Shown: one piece after another, positions 18,964-28,523 of the stretch
Layout of the letters: every line of letters starts with the position of its first letter
How positions within the stretch are numbered: the first letter of the stretch is position 1
Program-made: the position numbers and the translations under genes
NCBI GenBank assembly: GCA_002441425.1
Contig: DJWB01000001.1
Location: 15,087 to 79,086 of the forward strand
DNA length: 64,000 bases
Reading direction: 5' to 3'
Source of the DNA: Patescibacteria group bacterium UBA6241
Lineage (GTDB): Bacteria; Patescibacteriota; Minisyncoccia; Phycocordibacterales; Phycocordibacteraceae
The notes under the pieces: model-generated
Database searches by the model: none
Told to the model about the DNA's origin: nothing
The model's input: the letters and a program-made list of their open reading frames with translations, nothing else

Positions 18964-20748
18964 ATGGAAATCAGGAATATAGCTATTATCGCGCACGTGG
19001 ACCACGGGAAGACTACTCTTACCGATGCCATTTTGAAGCAAACAGGTGCTGCTGCTGAGGGTGTCTCCATGGACAACAACTCCATTGAACAGGAGCGTGG
19101 TATTACCATTTACTCAAAGAATGCTGCCGTTGAGTATAAGGGCACTAAGATCAACATCGTTGATACACCAGGCCACGCAGACTTTGGTTCTGAGGTGGAG
19201 CGCGTACTTCGCTCAATTGACTCAGTGCTTCTGATTGTGGACGCACAGGAGGGTCCAATGCCTCAGACTCGTTTCGTACTTAAGAAGTCTTTGGAGCTCG
19301 GGCTTAAGCCTATCGTTGTGCTTAACAAGATTGATAAGCCGGCAGCAGACCCAGCGAGAGCTGAGGAGCAGGTTCTTGAACTCTTCTTGGAGCTTGGTGC
19401 TTCAGACGAGCAGGCAGACTTCACTACTGTTTATGCTATTGGACGCGAGGGAGTTGCAATGAAGAAGCTTGATGACGAGCGCACAGACCTCACACCGCTT
19501 TTGGACACCATTCTTGAACTCGTTCCTGTTGCAGGAACTCCAGAACAAGTTGAGAAGCCACTACGTCTCCAGGCATTCAACTTAGCGTATGACAACTTCT
19601 TGGGACGCCTTGCAATTGCACGCGTATACGAGGGAGTTGTTAAATCAACCGACAACGTCATTGTAAAGAAGCCAGATGGAGCAACTCGTTCAGGAAAGCT
19701 CACTAAGATGTTTAGCTTTAAAGGTCTTGAGCGTGTTGAGGCTACTACCGCTCAGGCCGGAGACATCGTTATTATTGCTGGACTTCCTGACATCTTCATT
19801 GGAGAGACGGTTACTACCGATCCGAATGCAGAACCACTTCCAGCAATTGCAATTGATGAGCCAACCATCACCCTTAACTTCCTCGTTAACAACTCTCCAT
19901 TTGCAGGACGCGAAGGAAAGTACGTAACGAGTCGCCAGCTCCGCGAGTATCTTGAGCGCGAGCTTGAGGTTAACGTAGGACTTAAGGTTGATTTCGTATC
20001 TCCTGATGCGTTTAAAGTTTCAGGACGTGGAGAGCTCCACATCGCTATCTTGCTTGAGAACATGCGCCGTGCAGGATACGAAATGCAGGTTTCTCAGCCG
20101 CAGGTAATTGTGCGCGAAGAGGAAGGAGTAAAGATGGAGCCGTATGAGGAAGTGATTATTGATACACCTAGTGAATACCAGGGAGCCATCATTGAGCGTC
20201 TTGGCACACGCAGCTTCGTGCTTCAGAACCTTACACAAGACGGAGACATCGTACGTCTTACACTTGAGGGACCAACACGAGGTCTTCTTGGATACCGCAG
20301 CCAGTTTGTTATTGATACAAAGGGAGAAGGAATCCTCTCTTCTCGCGTACTTGGCTTTAAGCCATACGCAGGAGAAATCAAGAAGCGCCAGGTTGGTTCT
20401 ATGATTTCTATGGCAACAGGCAAGGCCCTTGGCTACGCCCTCTGGGGTCTTCAGGAGCGCGGTATCTTGTATATCTCTCCAGCAACTGAAGTGTATGAAG
20501 GAATGGTTATCGGAAACACGTCTAAGGGAGAGGAAATGACGACTAATCCTACAAAGGGGAAGAATCTTACCAACGTGCGTTCTTCTGGAAATGATGAGGC
20601 AATTAACCTCTTCCCTCCATACACGCTTACTATTGAGCGCGGACTTGAAGTTATGAGCGAGGACGAGTATCTGGAGATTACTCCCGAGAGTGTACGTTTG
20701 CGCAAGCAACACCTTACAGACAGCGAGCGCGCAAAAGCACGTCGCTAA
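18964..20748 (+). CDS. typA: Translational GTPase TypA/BipA
   Basis: [36 protein letters not shown]. Confidence 0.97.
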   Translation: MEIRNIAIIAHVDHGKTTLTDAILKQTGAAAEGVSMDNNSIEQERGITIYSKNAAVEYKGTKINIVDTPGHADFGSEVERVLRSIDSVLLIVDAQEGPMPQTRFVLKKSLELGLKPIVVLNKIDKPAADPARAEEQVLELFLELGASDEQADFTTVYAIGREGVAMKKLDDERTDLTPLLDTILELVPVAGTPEQVEKPLRLQAFNLAYDNFLGRLAIARVYEGVVKSTDNVIVKKPDGATRSGKLTKMFSFKGLERVEATTAQAGDIVIIAGLPDIFIGETVTTDPNAEPLPAIAIDEPTITLNFLVNNSPFAGREGKYVTSRQLREYLERELEVNVGLKVDFVSPDAFKVSGRGELHIAILLENMRRAGYEMQVSQPQVIVREEEGVKMEPYEEVIIDTPSEYQGAIIERLGTRSFVLQNLTQDGDIVRLTLEGPTRGLLGYRSQFVIDTKGEGILSSRVLGFKPYAGEIKKRQVGSMISMATGKALGYALWGLQERGILYISPATEVYEGMVIGNTSKGEEMTTNPTKGKNLTNVRSSGNDEAINLFPPYTLTIERGLEVMSEDEYLEITPESVRLRKQHLTDSERAKARR

Positions 20749-20754
20749 CAAAAC

Positions 20755-20779
20755 AAACGCCTCCTTCGGGAGGCGTTTT
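20755..20779 (+). terminator. typA terminator (cUUCGg loop)
   Basis: AAACGCCTCC-ttcg-GGAGGCGTTTT. Confidence 0.9.
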
Positions 20780-20883
20780 GCGTTTCCCATACAGTTTGTT
20801 AGGGTACACGCATTCTTTGACAGAGATTGGACATAAGAAGGAGTGGGGAAGACCTCATTCTAGGATTTGAAGGGAAAGCAACA

Positions 20884-21237
20884 ATGCTGGGTACTCATGA
20901 GACACAAGCGTTCCTGGGGCGAGTCGCTGCTGTGGCTGAAGAGCTCGGCATCGGTTTCCCGCTTCAGGAGGACGGGCTCTCAATCAGGGAGCTGACCTTC
21001 GTGAATATGTTGGAGGACAGATATCCTCTGTTCGGCTCGGAGGACAACAAGGCAAGCCGTGCCCTCGTCCAGCTGCTCGTGGGAAACTCGCATGAGCTGG
21101 ATCTGGACGACGAATCCGTTCTGGAAAGGATGGAAATCTTCTTCGGTCCCATTTGGCACGAAGACGTTGGAAGCGGACGGCACAAGTTCGTTGACCTCGT
21201 GAAGCAGAGTCAGAAAATTCTGGTCGGCTTCAAATAA
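20884..21237 (+). CDS. GC-rich orphan acidic protein, 117 aa
   Basis: ATG preceded by GAAGGGAAAG; candidate promoter TTGCGT-16-TAGGGT at 20778-20805. Confidence 0.7.
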   Translation: MLGTHETQAFLGRVAAVAEELGIGFPLQEDGLSIRELTFVNMLEDRYPLFGSEDNKASRALVQLLVGNSHELDLDDESVLERMEIFFGPIWHEDVGSGRHKFVDLVKQSQKILVGFK

Positions 21238-21357
21238 TCCTGGAAGAGGCTGCGTGCACTGCACACTTCCTCCTCCATTCCTTCTTGTATCTACTTCATT
21301 AATTCTCCACCTGTACAGAGGTACTGTTAAGAATTATTGATCTTAACGAACACATGC

Positions 21358-21510
21358 ATGCTCTACACCATCGCTGTTATCTTACTCGTGCTCTGGCTTC
21401 TCGGACTTGTAACCTCCTATACGCTCGGCGGCTTCGTACACCTTCTTCTCGTAGTCGCTATCATCATGGTGCTCATCCGTCTCATTCAGGGAAAGAATCC
21501 TGTTGCGTAG
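21358..21510 (+). CDS. lmo0937-family small membrane protein (absent from ORF track)
   Basis: MLYTIAVILLVLWLLGLVTSYTLGGFVHLLLVVAIIMVLIRLIQGKNPVA. Confidence 0.88.
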   Translation: MLYTIAVILLVLWLLGLVTSYTLGGFVHLLLVVAIIMVLIRLIQGKNPVA

Positions 21511-21513
21511 CCT

Positions 21514-21693
21514 ATGCCTCGCGGAGACAAATCTGCGTATACCGATAAGCAGAAACGACAGGCAAAGCATATAGAGGAAGGATACGAAAAGAAGGGCGTA
21601 TCTAAAGATGAAGCGGAAAAGCGCGCATGGGCAACGGTAAATAAGGAATCAGGAGGAGGGAAGAAGTCTGGGTCAGGAAGAGGAAAGAAATAG
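21514..21693 (+). CDS. Small basic protein of the so-called plasmid stabilization protein / ChaB-like family (absent from ORF track)
   Basis: MPRGDKSAYTDKQKRQAKHIEEGYEKKGVSKDEAEKRAWATVNKESGGGKKSGSGRGKK. Confidence 0.85.
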   Translation: MPRGDKSAYTDKQKRQAKHIEEGYEKKGVSKDEAEKRAWATVNKESGGGKKSGSGRGKK

Positions 21694-21704
21694 GAAACAA
21701 CTTA

Positions 21705-21741
21705 CAAGAGAGCACTGTGCCAGGGGCACAGTGCTCTCTTG
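21705..21741 (+). terminator. Strong hairpin terminator
   Basis: CAAGAGAGCACTGTGCC-agg-GGCACAGTGCTCTCTTG. Confidence 0.8.
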
Positions 21742-21925
21742 CGTTAAATCACGGTTCTGGTATACTTGTATTACAACAGTTGCTCCACGGATCGCCGTCT
21801 TGAAGAGAATTCAAGACCAGGCACCGCGCAGACGCGCATCGCTTGAGACTCTCGAGAACGGTTGAGCCAATTTTGGCGCCTTATAATTTACAAGGCACGG
21901 CGGACCCGTGCTCAGCATTCTCAAC
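21739..21925 (+). promoter_or_regulatory. Promoter and multi-stem 5' leader of the DEAD-box helicase
   Basis: TTGCGT-16-TATACT; closing stems CACGG/CCGTG and CGCCGT/ACGGCG with internal hairpins. Confidence 0.65.
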
Positions 21926-23344
21926 ATGGATACAAAGAAAGATACGCGTTCACGCGGCCCACGCCGTACGAACGCACCCCAGCGCTCTCGTTTTGGAGGA
22001 CGCGATACTAGAACTAACCCTGCATACGAGGCAGGCATGCGCTTTGCGCTTGAAAACGGCTTTAAGCGTCCTATGACCGCTGCTGTTGAACAGCGCCGTT
22101 CAAGTGGAGGCTCTCGTGGTACTGGCCCTCGCCGCTCAAGTGGTGGACGCCCAGAACGCGGAACTGGCTCACGCCCAGAACGCTCTGGAAGTGCTCGCCC
22201 TGCACGTGGTGGAGGTCGTGGATACCAGGAGATGGCAGTAGACCTCTCAAAGCTCGTGAACAAAGCTCAGCCAGCTGAGGAGGTGGAGGCATATGCATCA
22301 ACACATGCATTCGCAGACTTTGCTATTGATGAACGCCTTAAGGCGAACATTGCGAGCAAGGGATACATAACCCCTACTCCAATTCAGGATCAGTCAATCC
22401 CACACGTACTTCTTGGAAAGGACGTAGTTGGTATTGCAAACACAGGAACAGGAAAGACTGCAGCATTCCTTATCCCCCTTATTGATAAAGTACTTAAGTT
22501 CCGTGCACTAGGAAATGATGAGCGTGTGCTCGTTATGGTACCTACACGTGAGCTTGCGATTCAGATTGAGTCTGAGTTCTTTGGCTTTGCTAAGGGACTT
22601 GGTCTTGCGTCTGTAACCTGCGTTGGTGGAGCAAACATTGTTCCCCAGATTCGTGTACTCAAGCGAAACCCAGCATTTGTAATTGGAACTCCAGGACGTC
22701 TTAAGGACCTTATGGAGCGCCGTGATCTAGACCTCACACACTTCGGAACTGTTGTGCTTGATGAGGCAGATCGCATGCTAGACATGGGATTCATTGATGA
22801 CATGCGCTTTATCCTAAGCAAGATGCGCAGCGAGCGTCACACACTCTTCTTCTCCGCAACAATGTCTCGCGACATTCAGGCACTCATTGGTGCTTTCCTA
22901 AAGGATCCTATAGCAGTGTCTGTTAAGACCCGTGAGACATCACACACAATTGATCAGGACGTAGTGAAAGTGCATCACTCACAGAAGTTTGATCGTTTGG
23001 TTGAGCTCTTGAAGGAGCCAGAGTTTGAAAAGACTCTCGTCTTTGGACGTACCAAGCATGGTGTTGAGCGCATGGCGAAAGACTTGCGACAGCAGGGCAT
23101 TCGCGCTGACTCTATTCACGGAAACAAGACACACAGCGCTCGCCAAAAGGCTCTCATTGCCTTCAAGCGTAACGATGTTCGTGTTCTTGTAGCAACTGAT
23201 GTTGCTGCACGTGGTCTAGACATCTCTGGTGTAACACACGTGATTAACTACGACCTCCCGTCTACGTACGAGGACTATACACACCGTATTGGCCGTACAG
23301 GACGCGCAGGAACTACTGGAAAGGCACTTACCTTCATTCCGTAA
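21926..23344 (+). CDS. DEAD-box RNA helicase with Arg/Gly-rich N-terminal extension
   Basis: PTPIQ, TGTGKT, PTRELA, DEAD, SAT, HRIGRTGR. Confidence 0.96.
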   Translation: MDTKKDTRSRGPRRTNAPQRSRFGGRDTRTNPAYEAGMRFALENGFKRPMTAAVEQRRSSGGSRGTGPRRSSGGRPERGTGSRPERSGSARPARGGGRGYQEMAVDLSKLVNKAQPAEEVEAYASTHAFADFAIDERLKANIASKGYITPTPIQDQSIPHVLLGKDVVGIANTGTGKTAAFLIPLIDKVLKFRALGNDERVLVMVPTRELAIQIESEFFGFAKGLGLASVTCVGGANIVPQIRVLKRNPAFVIGTPGRLKDLMERRDLDLTHFGTVVLDEADRMLDMGFIDDMRFILSKMRSERHTLFFSATMSRDIQALIGAFLKDPIAVSVKTRETSHTIDQDVVKVHHSQKFDRLVELLKEPEFEKTLVFGRTKHGVERMAKDLRQQGIRADSIHGNKTHSARQKALIAFKRNDVRVLVATDVAARGLDISGVTHVINYDLPSTYEDYTHRIGRTGRAGTTGKALTFIP

Positions 23345-23441
23345 ACAGAGCCTTCATACGAAGACCCAAACCCCCGCCACTTGCTGGCGGGGGTTTGGTA
23401 TACTAGGGACATAGCATCTAAATTAGGGATATATACCAGGT

Positions 23442-24170
23442 ATGGAAACGAATGCACAAGGAGGAGGATTTATGGAAAAGTACCTCACACCCGTTGCGGT
23501 TGTGTTGGGCTGTGTGATTATTGCGGTCGCAATTGCGTTTGGCCAGGGGGGTGCAAAGAATGCACCACCAGATGGACAGGCGGTAGCAGTTGATATCAAA
23601 GACGTAGACACGGACTCAAGTCCATACATTGGAGAGAAGAACGCTCCCGTTACTATGGCTGTGTGGTACGACTATCAGTGCCCATTCTGCAAACAGTTTG
23701 AACTTACAACAACTGCAGACGTGTACGAGAACTATGTTAAGAGCGGGAAAGTTAAGATTGTGTTTAAGGACTTCCAATTCCTTGACGAGTACTCAAAGAA
23801 CCCAGATCGCAGCGAGGATTCTATGAGTGCAGCAGTATTTGGCCGAGCTGTATGGGATGCACATCCAGATCGCTTCTATGATTGGTTCCGTGCAATGGCA
23901 GAAAGCCAGGACGAAGAGTTTGATGGCTTCGGCGACTTTGCAAGTATTGAGGCGCTGACACGAACAATTTCAGGAATTGATACTGATCGTGTTCTTTCAC
24001 TCATAAACGACAAGCGTGATGAGTATGAGGCTGCAATTGCTGCAGATCGTGCAGAAGGACAAGCACTCGGTATCAACGGAACCCCAAGTATTGTCATTGG
24101 CACAACGCTCCTCTCAGGCGCGCAGCCATATGACGCTGTTAAGGCTCTGATTGACGCAGAACTTAAGTAA
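23442..24170 (+). CDS. DsbA-family thiol-disulfide oxidoreductase
   Basis: DYQCPFC, GINGTP, GAQPY; N-terminal TM. Confidence 0.9.
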   Translation: METNAQGGGFMEKYLTPVAVVLGCVIIAVAIAFGQGGAKNAPPDGQAVAVDIKDVDTDSSPYIGEKNAPVTMAVWYDYQCPFCKQFELTTTADVYENYVKSGKVKIVFKDFQFLDEYSKNPDRSEDSMSAAVFGRAVWDAHPDRFYDWFRAMAESQDEEFDGFGDFASIEALTRTISGIDTDRVLSLINDKRDEYEAAIAADRAEGQALGINGTPSIVIGTTLLSGAQPYDAVKALIDAELK

Positions 24171-24235
24171 GAGAATTAGTGTTTGAAAAGCGGACTCTCT
24201 TAGGAGGGTCCGTTTTTCGTTTATACTTGATGTAT

Positions 24236-24745
24236 ATGCGTCCGGTTACGGTAGTGGTTTCAGACAGTATGCAGCGAGGGTATACGTATGTACGTACAGA
24301 ACCAATGGGAGAGAACTTCTCACCTGAATTCACACCAGACCTTACTCCTAAAGAAATGCTCGCGCTCGGTGTATTTGGAGGGAAGTATATGACCGATTGC
24401 AAAGAAGAGTTCCCTGCAGATTGGTTTATACATGCCCGCATGTCTCCGGGAGGACATGACAGATCCTGCAATTACTATGGTGTTGATGCTTCGCAATCTT
24501 TATCAGTTTGGAGAGCAAAGGGATGGATTTTTAAGGATGATCCAAGGGGATGGTTCCAATGGTACTGTCGGTATTTCAGTGGGAGACGTCTGCCAAAGGA
24601 GGATGAGCGACAGATAAAGAGATGGAAACAAATGGTACGACATGTAGCACAGGTGCGCCATGCCTGTAGGACGGGTGATGAAACCTGTCACACACGACAA
24701 CGACAGGCACTACTGCACTGGGCGTATGATAGTAGGAAATTATGA
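24236..24745 (+). CDS. Conserved hypothetical protein
   Basis: FTPDLTPKEMLALGVFGGKY, DPRGWFQWYCRY, RQRQALLHWAYD; TATACT 8 nt before ATG. Confidence 0.8.
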   Translation: MRPVTVVVSDSMQRGYTYVRTEPMGENFSPEFTPDLTPKEMLALGVFGGKYMTDCKEEFPADWFIHARMSPGGHDRSCNYYGVDASQSLSVWRAKGWIFKDDPRGWFQWYCRYFSGRRLPKEDERQIKRWKQMVRHVAQVRHACRTGDETCHTRQRQALLHWAYDSRKL

Positions 24746-25335
24746 CCAAAACACAAAGCGCATCATTCTTGGGCTTTCTATTTATTGTACTTACGTATTG
24801 TGCGTGGCAATTTCCTGAAGCACTCCGTGCCATAGATATTCCTATCGCATATGCGCTAGCCCCGCTTCAAACACTTGCAAGTATTCAGTTGTTTTTAGTT
24901 ATTACTGCACTTGCGGGAGTGCTTGGCACATTTCTTATTGCTGCGGGCGCAGTTTATTTCCTGAGGAACCATCTTCGCTATGCGCGATTCCTCGTGTATG
25001 TATTGCTTGGGAGTACTCTCAGTGCAAATTTAGTAAAAATACTCATTGCACGAATAAGACCAGAGCCGCTTCTCTGGTTTGATCCACTTCTTACATTCTC
25101 TTTTCCAAGTGGGCATGCAACGTCCGCGATGGCACTTTTTGGATCTATTGCTTTTATCAGCTCCCGGCTTGCGAGAGGGTACACACGTATATTTGTGTGC
25201 ACCGTCTCTCTTGCACTCGTAGTACTTATTGGTCTCAGCAGACTTATGCTGGGAGCGCACTTCTTCTCAGATGTGCTTGCGGGCTACATACTCGGCCTCT
25301 TTTGGATTGTGTTGTTCCTCCCAAAGAAATCTTAA
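24742..25335 (+). CDS. PAP2-family phosphatase
   Basis: K....RIRP, SFPSGH, SRLMLGAHFFSDV. Confidence 0.9.
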   Translation: MTKTQSASFLGFLFIVLTYCAWQFPEALRAIDIPIAYALAPLQTLASIQLFLVITALAGVLGTFLIAAGAVYFLRNHLRYARFLVYVLLGSTLSANLVKILIARIRPEPLLWFDPLLTFSFPSGHATSAMALFGSIAFISSRLARGYTRIFVCTVSLALVVLIGLSRLMLGAHFFSDVLAGYILGLFWIVLFLPKKS

Positions 25336-25997
25336 TCTTCTTTCTCCTTAACGCCGCGCAAGAATAGAAGCGCACCAGCTCCAACGATAAGCGCACCAGC
25401 TAACGGCACACCAACTGCAATAAAGAGAGAAGAGTTTGAAGGATCAAGCAGAGACCCAAACAGCACTGCTGCAGAGGAGACTGCTATTGATATTGGGAGG
25501 TACAAGAGTATGAACTTCCAATACGGAAGAGAGGAGAGACCTGCGCCGTAGGCGATGAGCTCAGGAAGCGCAAAGCAGGTAAGGCACATGTGGATGAAGC
25601 CCTTAGTCGTTCCCACATGGCGCACTACCTTTGCCAGAGTGCTTCGCTCCTTTCCAACTATAAAGCGGTTAACCATAGGGTATCCGAATATGCGGCTTAT
25701 GGTGAAAGCAATAGTTATGCCTAAGAAATCTCCTGCAACGATATATAAAATACCTGGCCAGAATCCGAACAAAAGCCCTACTAACGGATAGAGTGGGGAA
25801 CCCGAGAGAGGTGCAACAACAATAGTTGATGCCTTGAGTGCAATAAGAATGAGCGGAGCAACAGCGCCTGAGGTAAGCACCAGCTCCTGTAGCTGCTTAA
25901 TATCAACAAAGACCGTAAGGAGGAGGAGCAATGCAACGGTTATTCCAATACCAATAACGTTTAGCTGCTCGGTTACTTTTGCTTTGAGTTGTTCCAT
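25332..25997 (-). CDS. DedA/TVP38 (VTT) family membrane protein
   Basis: VVAPLSG, GLLFGFWPG, AFTISRIFG, YGAGLS. Confidence 0.8.
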   Translation of the reverse strand: MEQLKAKVTEQLNVIGIGITVALLLLLTVFVDIKQLQELVLTSGAVAPLILIALKASTIVVAPLSGSPLYPLVGLLFGFWPGILYIVAGDFLGITIAFTISRIFGYPMVNRFIVGKERSTLAKVVRHVGTTKGFIHMCLTCFALPELIAYGAGLSSLPYWKFILLYLPISIAVSSAAVLFGSLLDPSNSSLFIAVGVPLAGALIVGAGALLFLRGVKEKED

Positions 25998-26079
25998 GTC
26001 TGCTGATTATACGGTAGTGAGTGTGTAAAAACACGTAGACCGAACTCGCAGTGAGTCCGGTCGGGAAAGAGATAGGGCA

Positions 26080-26295
26080 CTACTTGATTGGCGTAGCTTG
26101 TGGAAGAACAAATGGTTCTTGAGAGAACTCAACTGTTCCAACACTTGCTGCAAGATCCGTAGCAACTAATGCGGATGTTTGCGCGCCTTTCAAGAAGATA
26201 AGGGCAGTGTGCTCTAGCTCTGTAAGAATCTCGGGGACAAGAAGCTTAAGGACGAGGATACATATTCCAAGCCCAATCGCCTGAAAAATAGGCAT
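26080..26295 (-). CDS. Small hypothetical protein with N-terminal TM
   Basis: 71-aa ORF followed by a hairpin at 26038-26062. Confidence 0.6.
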   Translation of the reverse strand: MPIFQAIGLGICILVLKLLVPEILTELEHTALIFLKGAQTSALVATDLAASVGTVEFSQEPFVLPQATPIK

Positions 26296-26420
26296 AGAAT
26301 AATTGGGTTAGGTATATAAGTCATAGACAAGTGAATGCCAATGACGAGTGCGCTCCTGCGCTCTCGGTATCTCGCTGTAAGGTTCTGCCCCTCCACCCAC
26401 TAGAACCGGGGACCCAAGGC

Positions 26421-26834
26421 TTAGGTTTCAGGTTCCTCTGCGCCCTCCTCAAATTCAAGACAGACCGAATTGATGCAGTATCTTTTGCCTCCAGCGTCTT
26501 GAGGCCCGTCTGAAAATACATGCCCCAGATGCCCGCCACAGTTTTTACAGAAAACCTCAGTACGGTCCATGCCATGACTCGTGTCCACACGTGTGCCCAC
26601 GTTCTCGCTCACTGCAGGATCAGTGAATGAGGGCCAGCCACTTCCTGAGTCGTACTTCTTTGTTGAGTCAAAAAGTACAGCATTGCATGCTTTGCAGCGA
26701 TATACACCCTCTTCATGGTTGTCTACGTATTTTCCAGTAAAGGGAGCTTCGGTGCCGCCCTTACGTAATACTTCGTATTCTTCAGGTGTTAGTTTCTTCT
26801 TCCATGAGTCTTCTGTTTCAGGCGTGTGGTCCAT
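26421..26834 (-). CDS. msrB: Peptide-methionine (R)-sulfoxide reductase
   Basis: [30 protein letters not shown]. Confidence 0.96.
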   Translation of the reverse strand: MDHTPETEDSWKKKLTPEEYEVLRKGGTEAPFTGKYVDNHEEGVYRCKACNAVLFDSTKKYDSGSGWPSFTDPAVSENVGTRVDTSHGMDRTEVFCKNCGGHLGHVFSDGPQDAGGKRYCINSVCLEFEEGAEEPET

Positions 26835-26894
26835 ATGTGGGTAAGTATACCAACTATGATTGCTGGGGAACCCAGTGCAGGGTACGATATGAAA

Positions 26895-27323
26895 ATGCAT
26901 CGCACCGCAGTACTTGTTTCTCTTTTTGTATTATTGCTCGCAGGCCTTTCAGATTCTTGGTATCTCTACCAAAGTGCAATTACGGACACTGCACTTACCT
27001 GTGAGATTGGGGGAGTGTTGGACGGATGCAATATTGTTGCGCAGAGCCCGTATTCTCAGCTGTTGGGAATACCTCTGGCACTGTATGGAATCTTCTTTTA
27101 CGCATTACTTTTTGTACTCGTAGCCATCTGGACGCTTTTCCCTAAGAAAATCCTTTGGCAAGGCATCCATCTCCTGGCCCTAGGAGGCGTTGCTGCCTCA
27201 GCAGTATTTGTAGGAATACAACTATTCCTCATTAAGGCAATTTGTGTGTATTGCTTAGCTTCTGCGGCAATTGCAGTTATTTGCTGGTGGCTCATATATG
27301 GTCTGCGAAAGAGCGATTCTTGA
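26895..27323 (+). CDS. VKOR-family membrane protein
   Basis: Loop Cys pair, [14 protein letters not shown]. Confidence 0.9.
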   Translation: MHRTAVLVSLFVLLLAGLSDSWYLYQSAITDTALTCEIGGVLDGCNIVAQSPYSQLLGIPLALYGIFFYALLFVLVAIWTLFPKKILWQGIHLLALGGVAASAVFVGIQLFLIKAICVYCLASAAIAVICWWLIYGLRKSDS

Positions 27324-27353
27324 CGATATTTCTATTGTGGTACTATGGACATC

Positions 27354-28520
27354 ATGAAGAGATCTCGCATAGCAGCAGCCATCCTTTTGATGCTCTTGCT
27401 CACTCCTGGAGCGGTTTCTGCTGCAACACTCGCGAGCGCACGTACGCTTGTTATATCTGAAGCACCTGCAGAGAACCTATATCTTGCGGGCACAGACATA
27501 ACCGTTACGGTGCCACTCCCAGCAGATCTCCTTGCCCTTGGAGGCACCCTCTCGCTCTCTGCTCCTGTTGCAGGAGATGCATTGCTTGGAGGAGGAACAG
27601 TCTCTGTACTGCATCCTGTAGAGGGAGACGTGCGTGCTGTTGGCGGACAGATTACGGTCTCTGCGCCTATCACTGGAGACCTCATGCTTGCGGGAGGCTC
27701 AGTTGTTGCATCAACTACGGCAAGAGATACACGCATTATTGGTGGCACGGTGCGACTCACTGGGTCAGGAGGACCGGTAGTTATTTATGGTGCGGACGTT
27801 ACTCTTTCTGGAAATTTTGATGGAGACGTAGAAATTATTGCATCAGATCGCATCACTCTTGCAGAGGGAACACGTATTGCAGGAACCTTTGAGTACGATG
27901 CTCCACAACAGGCAGCGATCCCAGCATCAGCTGAAATTACGGGAGCAGTTACGTATATTGGTGATTCTTCCTATTTGCCAACTATTGAACAAGCAAAGAC
28001 TTTTGCACTTGCAGGAGCGAGTGTGTTGTTTGTAGTTAAAGTTATTGCAGTGCTAATTCTTGCAGGACTCTTTGCAGGACTCTTCCCGGTATTTTCTCAG
28101 AGAGTTGCAGACAAAGCGCTCTCACGAACACCCGGACGTTTCGCACTTCTTGGACTACTTGGATTCGGAATGGTATTCGCAACACCAATGCTCGTACTCT
28201 TGCTGATGGTTTCGTTTGTGGGTATTGGCGTAGCATTCTTCCTTGGTACTGCGTACATACTTCTCCTCATGCTTGGATACATATATGCAGGTATTCTCGC
28301 AGGAGCAGCACTATCTCGCGGACTTATGAAGCGAACTCAGGTAACTTGGAAGTTTGCACTTCTTGGTATGCTCGCGTTGTATCTAATTAGCGTAGTACCT
28401 GTTGTTGGCGGACTCGTATCCTTCGTACTCTTCCTTGTTGCAACAGGATCTATAATTTCAATCCTCTTTCACTTTGCATTTACCCGTGAGACTCCTGAGG
28501 AACCGTTAGAAATTGAGTAG
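27354..28520 (+). CDS. Bactofilin-like beta-helix repeat protein with C-terminal membrane domain
   Basis: Repeated GD.L..GG.V.V.AP units then several TM helices. Confidence 0.7.
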   Translation: MKRSRIAAAILLMLLLTPGAVSAATLASARTLVISEAPAENLYLAGTDITVTVPLPADLLALGGTLSLSAPVAGDALLGGGTVSVLHPVEGDVRAVGGQITVSAPITGDLMLAGGSVVASTTARDTRIIGGTVRLTGSGGPVVIYGADVTLSGNFDGDVEIIASDRITLAEGTRIAGTFEYDAPQQAAIPASAEITGAVTYIGDSSYLPTIEQAKTFALAGASVLFVVKVIAVLILAGLFAGLFPVFSQRVADKALSRTPGRFALLGLLGFGMVFATPMLVLLLMVSFVGIGVAFFLGTAYILLLMLGYIYAGILAGAALSRGLMKRTQVTWKFALLGMLALYLISVVPVVGGLVSFVLFLVATGSIISILFHFAFTRETPEEPLEIE

Positions 28521-28523
28521 GTC

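Noticed and set aside
20829-21292. Panhandle arms as transposon terminal inverted repeats or integron attC sites
   Set aside because: Arms differ at every locus and contain G-U pairs and bulges; I saw no target duplications, GTTRRRY cores or recombinase; not fully excluded
23460-23474. GGAGGAGG before an internal ATG of dsbA looks like a resident SD
   Set aside because: Coincides with in-frame Gly-Gly-Gly codons after the 23442 start; kept as a possible counter-example to the SD-less claim
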